A stretch of 64,000 nucleotides of DNA, taken from assembly GCA_964576605.1 (NCBI GenBank), contig CAZNVY010000004.1, positions 2,741 through 66,740 on the forward strand. The letters are read 5' to 3'. Position numbers and translations under genes: made by a program. A model generated the notes under the pieces. It was given only the letters and a program-made list of their open reading frames with translations. It was not told where the DNA came from and made no database searches. Shown here one piece after another: positions 27,199-36,614 of the stretch. This DNA is from an uncultured Elstera sp. GTDB taxonomy: Bacteria > Pseudomonadota > Alphaproteobacteria > Elsterales > Elsteraceae. Positions within the stretch are counted from its first letter, which is position 1. Each line of letters starts with the position of its first letter.

Positions 27199-29502
27199 TT
27201 AGAATTTCGCCGTCGCGCTGATAAGGAAGGCGCGGCCCGGCTGATACAGCGGGGTGACCGTGCCGAATTCCTGACCATAGGTTGCGCGATCAGCGTAGGT
27301 CCGGTCGAAGAGGTTCCGAACGTCGAGGCGGAAGGTGACGTTCGACAGGCTGGCCGGTTGATATTCGGCATAGGCGTTGAACACTTCATAGCCCTTCAGC
27401 GGTCGGTTGCCTGCAGCCACCTTTTCGTAATCCAGCACGACTTCAAGATCAGCCCCCAAGGTTAGGCCCCAATCACGGAACGTATGCCCCGCGCCCAGGG
27501 TGATGATCTGCCCCATCGGGGTAGCCAGATAGGTGCCCGTATCCGAATCGGCGGGCTGGCCGTTGATGGTGACCTCAATATCGGCATATTTGGCCCGGAC
27601 GAACCCATCGGCCCAGGCGTAACCGGCACCGATCTCGAAGCCTTTCGACTTCACGTCATTGGCCAAGGTGGCGCTGGCGACGGCGAAGCGGGCGGCGCGG
27701 GCATCGTTCAGCTTGGTTTGGAACACGCGGCCTTCCAGCGTAAAGCCTGCGTATTGGGCGGCAAGGCCCGCCGTGACATTATCGGACTTAACCGGCTTCG
27801 GGCCGGACCCATAGCGCCAGACATTGTTCATGATGAAGTTTTCAGCCAGCGGAATCCCCGCCCAGGTATGGGAATAACCGGCCTTGGCGGTTAGGAACTC
27901 CGGAACGATGTCAAGTTCGCCCGATAGATTGTAACTAAGGCCGCTATTGGTCCATTCCTGGCCGGTCGTGCCTTTGAAATTCTGCCGGTCGCCACGGGCA
28001 CCGAAGGAGAGGCGCAGAATATCGACCGGCTCTAGCCGGGCCTGAGCATAGAGGCCCAGATTGCGGGCGCGCTCGCTGACCCCATAGGTCTGGTCTTCGT
28101 ACGACCCTTTATCCTTATAAAAATCGGTGCCCGCCGTGACCGACCCGATACCGACATCGAACTTATTCTCGATCTTGCCATTCAGCGAATCGGTCGCCCC
28201 TTCGCCCGGATAGCTGCCGGGGGTGGTGCTGCTGCCGGTTGGCCGGGTATAGATCGGGGTTTCTACGTCGGTGCGGCTATAGGCCAGCACGACAGTCGGG
28301 TTCCACCACGCCGAGGGTTTGGCATCGGAATAGGACAGCACGGTATTTTGCCGGTCGATGGTATAGTCGCGCACGCGCGGTTCCCACGTGGGCCGACCCG
28401 TGATAAAGCCAATATTGGCCCGGAAGGGACGGGCAGCATCGTCATGCACCCGCTCGTGGCTGATCTCGAACCGATGTCCGCGCTCGGTTTCCACCGCCAG
28501 CTTCCCAAGACCGCTGATAACGTCGGTGGCGGTGCCATCGACCTTTTTGCCATCCCCGGCAGTGAATTTGCCGCCCTTACCGTAATTGACCGACCCGAAC
28601 GCCTCGAACGCCCCGTCGCGGCCATAGGCGGTCGCATTATTGGTAAAGACGGACCCATTGGTATTGAAGCTAGATTTCAGCTGACCGCCGATACCATCGC
28701 CGGGCAGCAGGTCTTTCACATCCTTGGTCTCATAGGCGATCGCCCCGGCCAGCGCTCCCGGTCCGGCATCGGCGGGGGCCACCCCGGCATCGACGCGCAC
28801 CGCTTTCAGAAAACTGGGGTCGATGACCGTCGTGCCATTGTGATGGAAGACCTTATTGTTTTGGCGGCTGCCGTCGATACTGACCGCGAGGTTGGTTTCT
28901 TCCACGCCGTTCACATACACCTTCTGCGACATCGGCACGGAACTACCAACCCGAACCCCCGGTTCGCCCGCGAAAACATCGCGCAGGTCGGAGGGGTTTT
29001 TCCGTTCCAGATCCTTCTGATCGATGACCGTTTCGGCAACCCCACCCCGGCGCAGGCCGGTATCGAAGACCGTGACTGGGGCCAGCATGGTGGTTCCCGC
29101 CGGGGGTGCCGCAGCAGGGGTGGCGGCGGTCAGGGCGGCGGTGCTCGGTCCGGTCAAGGTTACCGTCACGCCGGTACCTGCCAAGAGGGCTTGCAGGGCC
29201 TGCGCCGGGGCGAGGGTACCGCTAACCGGGCGGGACGTGCGCCCTTGGACCAGTGTGCTCGGATAGCCCAGCTGCCAGCCGGTCTGCCGCACGAAAGCGT
29301 CTAGTGCGGTTTGCAGCGGTTGGGCTGGTAAGGCGAAGCTTTGCGGGGCGGTGACGGCGGGCTGTTGCGCCTGCACGGGAAGGGCGGTCAGGGTCGCCGT
29401 GCCAAGGATTGTCGAGGCGATCAGGCTTAGAACCAGGGACCGGGCTGCCGCCTTAGAGCTACGGGGAAAGAGGGGAAAAGGCATCTGCGTCCGGCCGGTC
29501 AT
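27199..29502 (-). CDS. TonB-dependent receptor with N-terminal STN signalling domain
   Basis: Signal peptide; STN-like FALPAQPLQTAL...LAPAQALQALLAGTG; plug motif APADAGPGALAGAI; C-terminal F; AGGAG RBS. Confidence 0.9.
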   Translation of the reverse strand: MTGRTQMPFPLFPRSSKAAARSLVLSLIASTILGTATLTALPVQAQQPAVTAPQSFALPAQPLQTALDAFVRQTGWQLGYPSTLVQGRTSRPVSGTLAPAQALQALLAGTGVTVTLTGPSTAALTAATPAAAPPAGTTMLAPVTVFDTGLRRGGVAETVIDQKDLERKNPSDLRDVFAGEPGVRVGSSVPMSQKVYVNGVEETNLAVSIDGSRQNNKVFHHNGTTVIDPSFLKAVRVDAGVAPADAGPGALAGAIAYETKDVKDLLPGDGIGGQLKSSFNTNGSVFTNNATAYGRDGAFEAFGSVNYGKGGKFTAGDGKKVDGTATDVISGLGKLAVETERGHRFEISHERVHDDAARPFRANIGFITGRPTWEPRVRDYTIDRQNTVLSYSDAKPSAWWNPTVVLAYSRTDVETPIYTRPTGSSTTPGSYPGEGATDSLNGKIENKFDVGIGSVTAGTDFYKDKGSYEDQTYGVSERARNLGLYAQARLEPVDILRLSFGARGDRQNFKGTTGQEWTNSGLSYNLSGELDIVPEFLTAKAGYSHTWAGIPLAENFIMNNVWRYGSGPKPVKSDNVTAGLAAQYAGFTLEGRVFQTKLNDARAARFAVASATLANDVKSKGFEIGAGYAWADGFVRAKYADIEVTINGQPADSDTGTYLATPMGQIITLGAGHTFRDWGLTLGADLEVVLDYEKVAAGNRPLKGYEVFNAYAEYQPASLSNVTFRLDVRNLFDRTYADRATYGQEFGTVTPLYQPGRAFLISATAKF

Positions 29503-29579
29503 TCCGTCCAACTCCTGCTTCGATCGAAAAGGGGAAGGGGGCATTGTGGCGGTCGGCTGAATACCCCTATGCCTGTTTC

Positions 29580-29610
29580 GACGCGCGAGACCGGGCGCTC
29601 TCACAAAAAA
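29580..29610 (-). promoter_or_regulatory. Putative ECF (FecI-type) promoter, copy A
   Basis: Minus strand TTTTTTGTGAGAGCGCCCGGTCTCGCGCGTC; 24/31 identical to 31401..31431. Confidence 0.65.
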
Positions 29611-29625
29611 ACTCAGCGACCTCTG

Positions 29626-30669
29626 TTAGTGCAGCAACAATAGCCCCCCTGGCAGGCGCTCTAACCGTCCCCCGGCGATGGCGGCGAGCGAGCGCAAGGC
29701 CCCCTCCGGATCGTCGGTCCGGTAGGTGCCGCTGACTGTAACCGCAGCCAGCCGATCACCGATCACCAGAATTGGGGCAGGGTGATAGCGACGAAACCCC
29801 TCTACCACCTGGGTTAGCGGTTGATCGCGGAAACTATAGCGACCATCCCGCCACGCGAAGGCCAGGGCGGGGTCGGGCCGTTCGAGCGGGCCAAGGCCTG
29901 CCGCATCAATCCGCACCCCTTCGCCGGGGGTAAGATGCCGCGCGTGCCCAGCTGCGCCCTGGCCGGTCACCGTCACGCGCCCATGCGCCAGCAGCACCTG
30001 ATCCCCGGTGCGGTCACGGGTCACGGAAAAGCCGGTGCCGGTTACCCGCGTCGTGCTGAAGCCGCCGGTGACCTGAAACGGGCGCGCGGCATCGGGTCGC
30101 ACCTCGAAGAATGCCGCCCCGGCGAGCAGGGTCACGCCGCGCTGTCGGTCGCTATACTCAAGGGTGATTGCGCTACCGGCGTCCAGCAGCACGCTAGAAC
30201 CATCGGGAAGCGTCACCAGCCGCCGTTCCCCCGCCGCCGTGCGGATGTCGGCGGCCACCAGCGGGATGATCTGGGGGGCAACCCTTAACCCTATGACCAC
30301 GACGAAAACCGCGGCGGCGGCGGCGGCCCAGGGCAGGAAAGGGCGGCGGCGCGTGGGTGGTCGCGCCCCGGCGTGGGCATGGCGATTGGCGTCACCCAGT
30401 TCCGGTAAGGCCGCGACCTCGGCGATGCGCTCGAAGGCCGCCGCATGGGACGGGGCGGCGCGATACCAAACGGCAAAAGCCGCCCGCTCCGTCGCTGTGG
30501 CCGTGCCGCTGTGCAGCGTGACGAACCAATCCAGCGCCGCATCCGCAACGGGATCACCGGGGAGTGGGCCGTTTGCCGGTTCCTGCGCCGAAGCTGCCTG
30601 ATCCACGTGCCGAATACTCGTGTTGGGGGAAAGGTTATTCTTACTGACGTTCGGAACGCTGCATCTCAT
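29626..30669 (-). CDS. FecR-family anti-sigma/transmembrane sensor
   Basis: AALDWFV...FAVW..A.PSH..AF, one TM, TAAGERRLVTLPDGS, AFAWRDGR. Start uncertain. Confidence 0.88.
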   Translation of the reverse strand: MRCSVPNVSKNNLSPNTSIRHVDQAASAQEPANGPLPGDPVADAALDWFVTLHSGTATATERAAFAVWYRAAPSHAAAFERIAEVAALPELGDANRHAHAGARPPTRRRPFLPWAAAAAAVFVVVIGLRVAPQIIPLVAADIRTAAGERRLVTLPDGSSVLLDAGSAITLEYSDRQRGVTLLAGAAFFEVRPDAARPFQVTGGFSTTRVTGTGFSVTRDRTGDQVLLAHGRVTVTGQGAAGHARHLTPGEGVRIDAAGLGPLERPDPALAFAWRDGRYSFRDQPLTQVVEGFRRYHPAPILVIGDRLAAVTVSGTYRTDDPEGALRSLAAIAGGRLERLPGGLLLLH

Positions 30670-30789
30670 AAAGATCGGTTCCGTAGCTTTTCGTATTTCG
30701 CCCGAATCAGAAAGCCGAAAAACGTTGCCCGGTCCCTTACAACGCGGTTGCAAGATTGGCGGCGCTTCGCTATGTCTCAGGCGGGTTCG

Positions 30790-30808
30790 GATGAGATCGA
30801 TTATCAAT
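30790..30808. promoter_or_regulatory. Fur-like iron box between fecR and fecI
   Basis: TGAGATC-G-ATTATCA (30792-30806) against the 7-1-7 consensus TGA(G/T)AAT-N-ATT(A/C)TCA. Confidence 0.55.
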
Positions 30809-30881
30809 CGCGGTAACAAGCCGCCGACTCGATGGGGATGCGAGGGCAAACTACAGAACCCATGTCTGCGACGATAGGCCG

Positions 30882-31400
30882 ATGATGTCCGCAAGTCTGA
30901 CCGCGATTTACCTCGATCAACGCCGCGCGCTGCTAGGGCGGGCGCTGCGCATCGTGCAGGATCGGCCTGCGGCCGAAGATGTTTTGCAGGAAAGCTATAT
31001 CCGCGCCCATAAGGCGGCGGAAACTGGGGGGATCGAGAATGTCACCGCCTTTCTGCACCGCACGGCGCAGAATCTAGCGCTCGATTATGTGCGGCGGCGG
31101 CGGACGCGCGAGCGGTTCGAGGGCGGACCAATGCAGGCGATGGAAGTACTGGAGGTGCCGAGCGACGCCCCTTCCGCCGAAGAGCATCTGATCCAGCAGC
31201 AGCGGCTAGATGTGTTTCAGCAAGCCCTGGCCGATCTACCCGACCGGGCGCGCCAGGTTTGGCTGTTGAACCGGGTGGACGGTTGGAGTTATCCCAAAAT
31301 CGCCGAGCATCTCGGCGTTTCGCAAGGCACGGTGTTTAACGATATGAAACACGCGCTGGGCCATATTTTGGATCGCTTTAACCGCAGCGAGCGCGGTTGA
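30882..31400 (+). CDS. FecI-family ECF sigma factor
   Basis: AEDVLQESY, NLALDYVRR, region 4 LPDRARQVWLLNRVDGWSYPKIAEHLGVS. Confidence 0.9.
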   Translation: MMSASLTAIYLDQRRALLGRALRIVQDRPAAEDVLQESYIRAHKAAETGGIENVTAFLHRTAQNLALDYVRRRRTRERFEGGPMQAMEVLEVPSDAPSAEEHLIQQQRLDVFQQALADLPDRARQVWLLNRVDGWSYPKIAEHLGVSQGTVFNDMKHALGHILDRFNRSERG

Positions 31401-31431
31401 TTTTTTGTAAGATCGCCCGGCCCCAACCGTC
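31401..31431 (+). promoter_or_regulatory. Putative ECF (FecI-type) promoter, copy B
   Basis: TTTTTTGTAAGATCGCCCGGCCCCAACCGTC, 50 bp upstream of the ABC transporter start. Confidence 0.65.
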
Positions 31432-31481
31432 TTTCTAGTAAGGCCGCCGGCCCGGTCCGGCATGATTTTGGGGATACAGGC

Positions 31482-33221
31482 GTGATTCGCGAGTTTTTCA
31501 GCTATTACCGGCCGCATAAGCGGCTGTTTCTGATCGATTTCGGCGGGGCGATCCTATCCGGTCTGCTATCGCTGGGCTTTCCCTTCGCCGTGACCGCTTA
31601 TGTGGACAAGTTGCTGCCCGGTGGGGACTGGAACCTCATTATTCTGGCCAGTTTGGGTTTGCTGGCGGTCTATCTGCTGAATACCGGGTTGATCGCTGTG
31701 GTGACCTATTGGGGCCATGTGCTGGGCATCAATATCGAAACCGAAATGCGCCGCCGCGCTTTCGATCATCTGCAAAGACTGCCACTGCGGTTTTTCGACG
31801 GCCAGAAGACCGGGCATTTGGTGGCGCGCTTGACCAAAGATCTCGAAGAGATCGGCGAACTCGCCCACCATGGGCCGGAAGATCTGTTCATTGCGGTGAT
31901 GACCTTTATCGGCGCGCTGATCTTGATGCTGTCGGTCCATGTGCCGCTAGCCTTGATGACACTGCTGATCGTGCCGGTGGTGATGGTGCTGGTCCTGCGG
32001 TTTGGGCGGGAGATGACCGCCAATTGGCACGCGCAGTTCGAGCGCGTTGGGGCCTTCAACGCCCGGATCGAAGCCGTGATCGGCGGGGCGCGCGTTGTTC
32101 GCGCCTTTGCAAATGAAGCGCACGAACAAAGGCTTTTTGCCGATGATAACCGGCAATATAAGCAAGCTAAACTGAATGGTTATCGCATTATGGCTTATAG
32201 CCTGGGGTTGAATTATCTAGGAATGCGCCTGGTGCAGGTGGTTGTTTTGGTGGCGGGAACCTGGTTTGTCTATCAGGGGGAGCTAACTGTCGGTGGGTTT
32301 GTTGGCTTTTTGCTGCTTATCAATGTGTTTTATCAACCGCTAGAGCGGATTGCGGCGGTGATCGAAAATTACCCGAAGGGGATCGCCGGGTTCCGCCGTT
32401 ATTGCGAATTTTTGGCCACCGAGCCAGAGATTGCCGATGCCCCCGATGCCAAACCGGCTCCAGCCTTTCAAGGCCATATCGGCTTCGAGCAGGTACGGTT
32501 TGGGTATAGCGCAGATCGGCCAATCCTGTCGGACGTTAGCTTGCACATCCGCGCGGGGGAAACGGTAGCTTTTGTTGGTCCGTCCGGGGCGGGGAAGACG
32601 ACGCTGCTGTCGCTACTGCCCCGGTTTTACGATGTGGGAGCCGGGCGCATCACCATTGATGGTATCGATATTCGGGCCATGACGCTTGCCTCCCTGCGCC
32701 AGCAGATCGGCATTGTGCAGCAGGATGTTTTTCTGTTTGCGGGCAGCCTGCGCGAGAATATCGCCTATGGAAAGCTGGATGCCACCGATGCGGAAATTTG
32801 GGATGCCGCCCGCCGTGCCCGGTTGGACGGGTTCATCGCCGACTGCCCGGATGGACTGGATACCATCGTTGGCGAACGCGGGGTTAAACTTTCTGGCGGG
32901 CAGAAACAGCGGGTGGCGATTGCCCGGATTTTCCTGAAGAATCCGCCAATCTTGATTCTCGACGAGGCAACTTCCGCCCTTGATACCGAAACCGAGCGGG
33001 CGATCCAGGCGTCGTTGCAGGAGCTGGCGGTTGGGCGCACCTCGCTTATCATTGCCCATCGGCTGGCGACCATTCGCGACGCGGATCGAATCGTGGTTAT
33101 CAGCGACGGTGGGATCGCCGCCGAAGGCACCCACGATGGGTTGCTGCGGGCCGGGGGCCTGTATCGGCGGCTGCACGAGGCCCAGGATCTAAATTCCGCG
33201 CGGGCGCTGGCGGGGGAATAA
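31482..33221 (+). CDS. ABC transporter, fused permease/ATPase (exporter fold)
   Basis: Six-TM domain; GPSGAGKT, LSGGQKQR, ILDEATSALD, IAHRL. Confidence 0.92.
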   Translation: MIREFFSYYRPHKRLFLIDFGGAILSGLLSLGFPFAVTAYVDKLLPGGDWNLIILASLGLLAVYLLNTGLIAVVTYWGHVLGINIETEMRRRAFDHLQRLPLRFFDGQKTGHLVARLTKDLEEIGELAHHGPEDLFIAVMTFIGALILMLSVHVPLALMTLLIVPVVMVLVLRFGREMTANWHAQFERVGAFNARIEAVIGGARVVRAFANEAHEQRLFADDNRQYKQAKLNGYRIMAYSLGLNYLGMRLVQVVVLVAGTWFVYQGELTVGGFVGFLLLINVFYQPLERIAAVIENYPKGIAGFRRYCEFLATEPEIADAPDAKPAPAFQGHIGFEQVRFGYSADRPILSDVSLHIRAGETVAFVGPSGAGKTTLLSLLPRFYDVGAGRITIDGIDIRAMTLASLRQQIGIVQQDVFLFAGSLRENIAYGKLDATDAEIWDAARRARLDGFIADCPDGLDTIVGERGVKLSGGQKQRVAIARIFLKNPPILILDEATSALDTETERAIQASLQELAVGRTSLIIAHRLATIRDADRIVVISDGGIAAEGTHDGLLRAGGLYRRLHEAQDLNSARALAGE

Positions 33222-34172
33222 TTACCGAACCGCGCTGGGGGCACAGCCAAAGCGGCGGCGAAAGGCTTTCGCGAAATTGGCAGGGTCGGAATAGCCCGCC
33301 AAAAACGCCGCTTCGGTGACGCTGATCTGATCGCGGGCCAGAAGATCGCGCGCCTGCTCCAGCCGCCGCCCGCGCAGATAGGCCACCACCGTGGTGCCAA
33401 AAGCGGCACGAAACAGCCGCTGCAGGGCCGATACGCTCATCCCCGCGGCTTTGGCAACATCGGCTAGGCGAAAGTCGGCTTCCGCCACCGTATCGAGAAA
33501 CGCGCAGGCCCGGCGCAGGCAAGCCCGATCCCGCGCCGTCAGCGGCGGGGCTGCCTGGTGGTTGGTGGTGATCGGGCGGAGCATCTGGGCGGCGAAAGCC
33601 AGGGCTTGGCTCTCTAGGCGCAAATTTTCAAACAGCGGGGTTTCCCCGGACGGGCAGAGTAAGGCCTGCGCCAGAATACGCTGGGCATCGCTGGCCGGCC
33701 AACGTTCCACCCGGCCATGGGCGGTGGCGAAGCGGGTCAGGGCTTGGCCTTCGCCGCTTTCGGTCAGGGCGGCTGCCGCGAGCCAATCCAAATCCAGACT
33801 AACGCAGACTTTCGTTACCCGCATTCCGCGGTGTAGGTAGCGGACGAAACGGTCTGGCCCGGCGACTGCCATCAGCGCCGCTTCCCCCCGGTGGCCGGGT
33901 TGGCCGAAATGCAGGGGCGTTTGGCCCAAAGCAATATCGGCCCCGCCCTCCAAAAACAGCAATGCACAGAGGCGGCGGTCGGTTTCATCGACGATCACTT
34001 GGTCGGTCGCCTCTACCCCATCGGTCACATGCAGGGTTAGGCCGCCGTGAAATTGGCGCAGCCAGCAGCGCCCCCGGATCGCGTCATAGCCCGCGTCTGT
34101 TTGCGCCTGCATCTCCGCCCGTCCTTCCGCACCGAAGTTTGACGATCCTGCACAGGCCAACCGATGGGTCAA
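33222..34172 (-). CDS. AraC-family regulator (PchR/YbtA-like)
   Basis: C-terminal double HTH: LQRLFRAAFGTTV...SVTEAAFLAGYSDPANFAKAFRRRFG. Start uncertain. Confidence 0.88.
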   Translation of the reverse strand: MTHRLACAGSSNFGAEGRAEMQAQTDAGYDAIRGRCWLRQFHGGLTLHVTDGVEATDQVIVDETDRRLCALLFLEGGADIALGQTPLHFGQPGHRGEAALMAVAGPDRFVRYLHRGMRVTKVCVSLDLDWLAAAALTESGEGQALTRFATAHGRVERWPASDAQRILAQALLCPSGETPLFENLRLESQALAFAAQMLRPITTNHQAAPPLTARDRACLRRACAFLDTVAEADFRLADVAKAAGMSVSALQRLFRAAFGTTVVAYLRGRRLEQARDLLARDQISVTEAAFLAGYSDPANFAKAFRRRFGCAPSAVR

Positions 34173-34216
34173 CGCTTATGCTGCTTTCGCCTTACGCCTG
34201 TTTCGGCGCAGCGTCA

Positions 34217-34235
34217 ATTGCGAATGCGTCTCACT
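34217..34235. promoter_or_regulatory. Fur-like iron box upstream of the second TonB receptor
   Basis: TGCGAAT-G-CGTCTCA (34219-34233). Confidence 0.6.
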
Positions 34236-34259
34236 CTTATAGATTAAGGACCGCCGATT

Positions 34260-36215
34260 GTGACCTTCCGCCTCCCTGTTTCTGCGACCCTGACATCCCT
34301 ACTGCTGCTTGGCGTGGTACCGGCAGCCTTCGCGCAAACCATATTGCCGCCGGTCACCGTGACCGATACGCGCCGGGTGGAGAGCAAGATCGTTGCCGAT
34401 CAAGAGATGATCGATCGGGAAAAGCCGCTGACGCTGAAAGATCTGTTCAAGGGCGCGCCAGAGGTGCAGGTGACCAGCGGCAGTACGGCGGCGCAGAAAT
34501 TTTATCTGCATGGGATCGACCAAAGTAAGCTGAATGTCACGATTGATGGGGTGCCGCAGCGCGCCGCCGTTTGGCATCACAATGGCAATCTATCGCTCGA
34601 TCCGATGTTCCTGGAGCGGGTGGAGGTCGATCCTGGCGTCTCTCCCGCCGACGCCGGGCCGGGCGGCTTGGGTGGGGCGGTGCGCTTCAAGACCAAATCG
34701 GCGCAGAGCCTACTGTTACCAGGGCAAACCGTGGGCGGAACCCTGTCGGCCAGCTATAGCAGCAATTCCGCCACGCTGCGCGGAACGGGGGCCGGCTATG
34801 GGGCGGTTCAGGGGTTCGATCTTCTGGGGAGGGCGTCTTGGGCCAGGGGCGAGAATTATAAAACCGGCCATGGCGACGAGGAATTGGGCACGAAGACGAA
34901 CCTGAAAAGCGGGTTGGTGAAGCTGGGGCATGAATCGGAAAGCGGGCACCGGGTGCAGCTTTCCGCCGAACATGTGGTGGATGATGCGGTGCGTCGCCTG
35001 CGCCCCAATATGGGGGTGGTCGGCAACCCGACCGGGCGGTTGTTCAACAGTAATAAGGCCACCCGCACCACCCTTGCGGCGGACTATAGCCTGACGAGGC
35101 CGACCGATTGGCTCGCCCCGGAAGTTTCGGTCTATTTCAACCGTGCCGGGCTGGACCGTCCGAATGATAGTAAGCGGTCCACCGCCTATGGGGCTTTCAA
35201 TTCCGACGTCGAAACCTACGGGATGAAGGCGCAGAATAGTTTTGCCTTTTCAACCGGCAAACTTACTCTTGGGGTTGATTATCGTCAGGATGATGTGGGT
35301 ATCGAGCGGTTCCACTTTCCGACCGATGCGCGGGAAAAAGTCTCGAACCTTGGTGGCTTCGGCCAATTCCGCTTCGCGCCGCTGCCCGACCTAAGCGTTT
35401 CCACTGGGTTGCGTGTCGATCATCAGGTTTATAAGGCCGTTGATGGTCAGGAGTTCACCAAAACCGGGGTCAGTCCCAATCTGTCGGTGGAGTATAAGAT
35501 CGCTCCAACCCTGACCGCCTTTGCTGGTGCCGCCCATACCTGGGGCGGGCTGGAGTTGGCGGAAACCGGCTTTTTTCATGCCGCCAATTATCGCTATGAC
35601 CCGAACCTGAAGGCGACGACCGCACAAACCCTACGCGGCGGGCTGCGTTATGAGGCCGGGGGCTTGTCGCTGGAAGGGGCCGTGTTCCAGACGATCATTG
35701 AAAACCCGGTGGATTATAATTTCAGTACCTATACCCGCCTCAACGGCAAAACTCTGAAAACGCGCGGCTTTGATCTCGCGGCGGGCTATGCCTGGGAGAA
35801 TGCCCGCATCGGCGCGAAATATACCCATAATGACGTGACCTATGGGGGGCGCATGGCCCTTCCCAGCGATTACAATAACGGGCTATCCGTCGGCGATCTT
35901 ATCACGCTTAACGCGGCTTATCTCTATGACCCCTGGCGCTTGACGGTCGGCGGCTCCACCGAGATTGCCCTGCGCGTCGATGATGCCGACTTGGCGAAGG
36001 CCGGGTTCAAGCCGCTAAAATCCTATACGGTGGTCAATGCTTTCGTGGAATGGCAGCCCCTGGCTAGCACCCCTCATTGGACCCTTCGCCTTGATGCGAC
36101 GAACCTATTGGATGCGGCTTATTCGTCACGCTCCACCTACTCGCAGACTTCGGCGATTACCCCGGTTTTGGCCGAAGGGCGCAGTGTGATGCTGTCCACG
36201 GCAATCAAATTCTAG
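34260..36215 (+). CDS. TonB-dependent receptor without STN domain, paralogue of 27199..29502
   Basis: Signal peptide, HHNG, SPADAGPGGLGGAVRF, NLLD..Y, C-terminal F. Confidence 0.9.
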   Translation: MTFRLPVSATLTSLLLLGVVPAAFAQTILPPVTVTDTRRVESKIVADQEMIDREKPLTLKDLFKGAPEVQVTSGSTAAQKFYLHGIDQSKLNVTIDGVPQRAAVWHHNGNLSLDPMFLERVEVDPGVSPADAGPGGLGGAVRFKTKSAQSLLLPGQTVGGTLSASYSSNSATLRGTGAGYGAVQGFDLLGRASWARGENYKTGHGDEELGTKTNLKSGLVKLGHESESGHRVQLSAEHVVDDAVRRLRPNMGVVGNPTGRLFNSNKATRTTLAADYSLTRPTDWLAPEVSVYFNRAGLDRPNDSKRSTAYGAFNSDVETYGMKAQNSFAFSTGKLTLGVDYRQDDVGIERFHFPTDAREKVSNLGGFGQFRFAPLPDLSVSTGLRVDHQVYKAVDGQEFTKTGVSPNLSVEYKIAPTLTAFAGAAHTWGGLELAETGFFHAANYRYDPNLKATTAQTLRGGLRYEAGGLSLEGAVFQTIIENPVDYNFSTYTRLNGKTLKTRGFDLAAGYAWENARIGAKYTHNDVTYGGRMALPSDYNNGLSVGDLITLNAAYLYDPWRLTVGGSTEIALRVDDADLAKAGFKPLKSYTVVNAFVEWQPLASTPHWTLRLDATNLLDAAYSSRSTYSQTSAITPVLAEGRSVMLSTAIKF

Positions 36216-36225
36216 CCAGCCCCAG

Positions 36226-36247
36226 GGGCAGCCCTGCCGGGCTGCCC
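36226..36247. other. Perfect 9-bp hairpin after the receptor gene
   Basis: GGGCAGCCC-TGCC-GGGCTGCCC. Confidence 0.5.
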
Positions 36248-36271
36248 GGCCCGCTTTTTCGGAGTGTGACG

Positions 36272-36607
36272 ATGCTGACCGATACCGCGACCGTCCTATC
36301 GCCGCTCGCGCCGCGCTATCTTGTGCAATTATGCAAACATTTCGCCCATAAAATCCCGGCCGAAGCCGCCGAAGGGCGGGGGCGGGCAGTGTTTCCTTGG
36401 GGGATTTGCCTGCTGGCGGCGGAGGGTGAAACGCTAACCCTGCACTGCGAAGCGGCGGATGCCCCGTCGCTCGACCAGGTAAAGCAGGTGGTGGAAGTGC
36501 ATATGCTGCGCTTCGCCCGCCGGGAAGGGGTGGGCCTGACCTGGGCCAGTGGCCGCTCCGCGATGCCTCAGGCGACGGGAGAAACACGGGCCGATGCCGG
36601 GGCCTGA
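36272..36607 (+). CDS. DUF2218-family protein (copy 2)
   Basis: RYLVQLCKHFAHKIP...VVEVHMLRFARRE. Confidence 0.85.
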   Translation: MLTDTATVLSPLAPRYLVQLCKHFAHKIPAEAAEGRGRAVFPWGICLLAAEGETLTLHCEAADAPSLDQVKQVVEVHMLRFARREGVGLTWASGRSAMPQATGETRADAGA

Positions 36608-36614
36608 TCGCGGC

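Noticed and set aside
30715..30745. Third copy of the ECF promoter upstream of fecR (minus strand TTGTAAG...)
   Set aside because: The -35-like part matches but there is no CGTC at 16-bp spacing.
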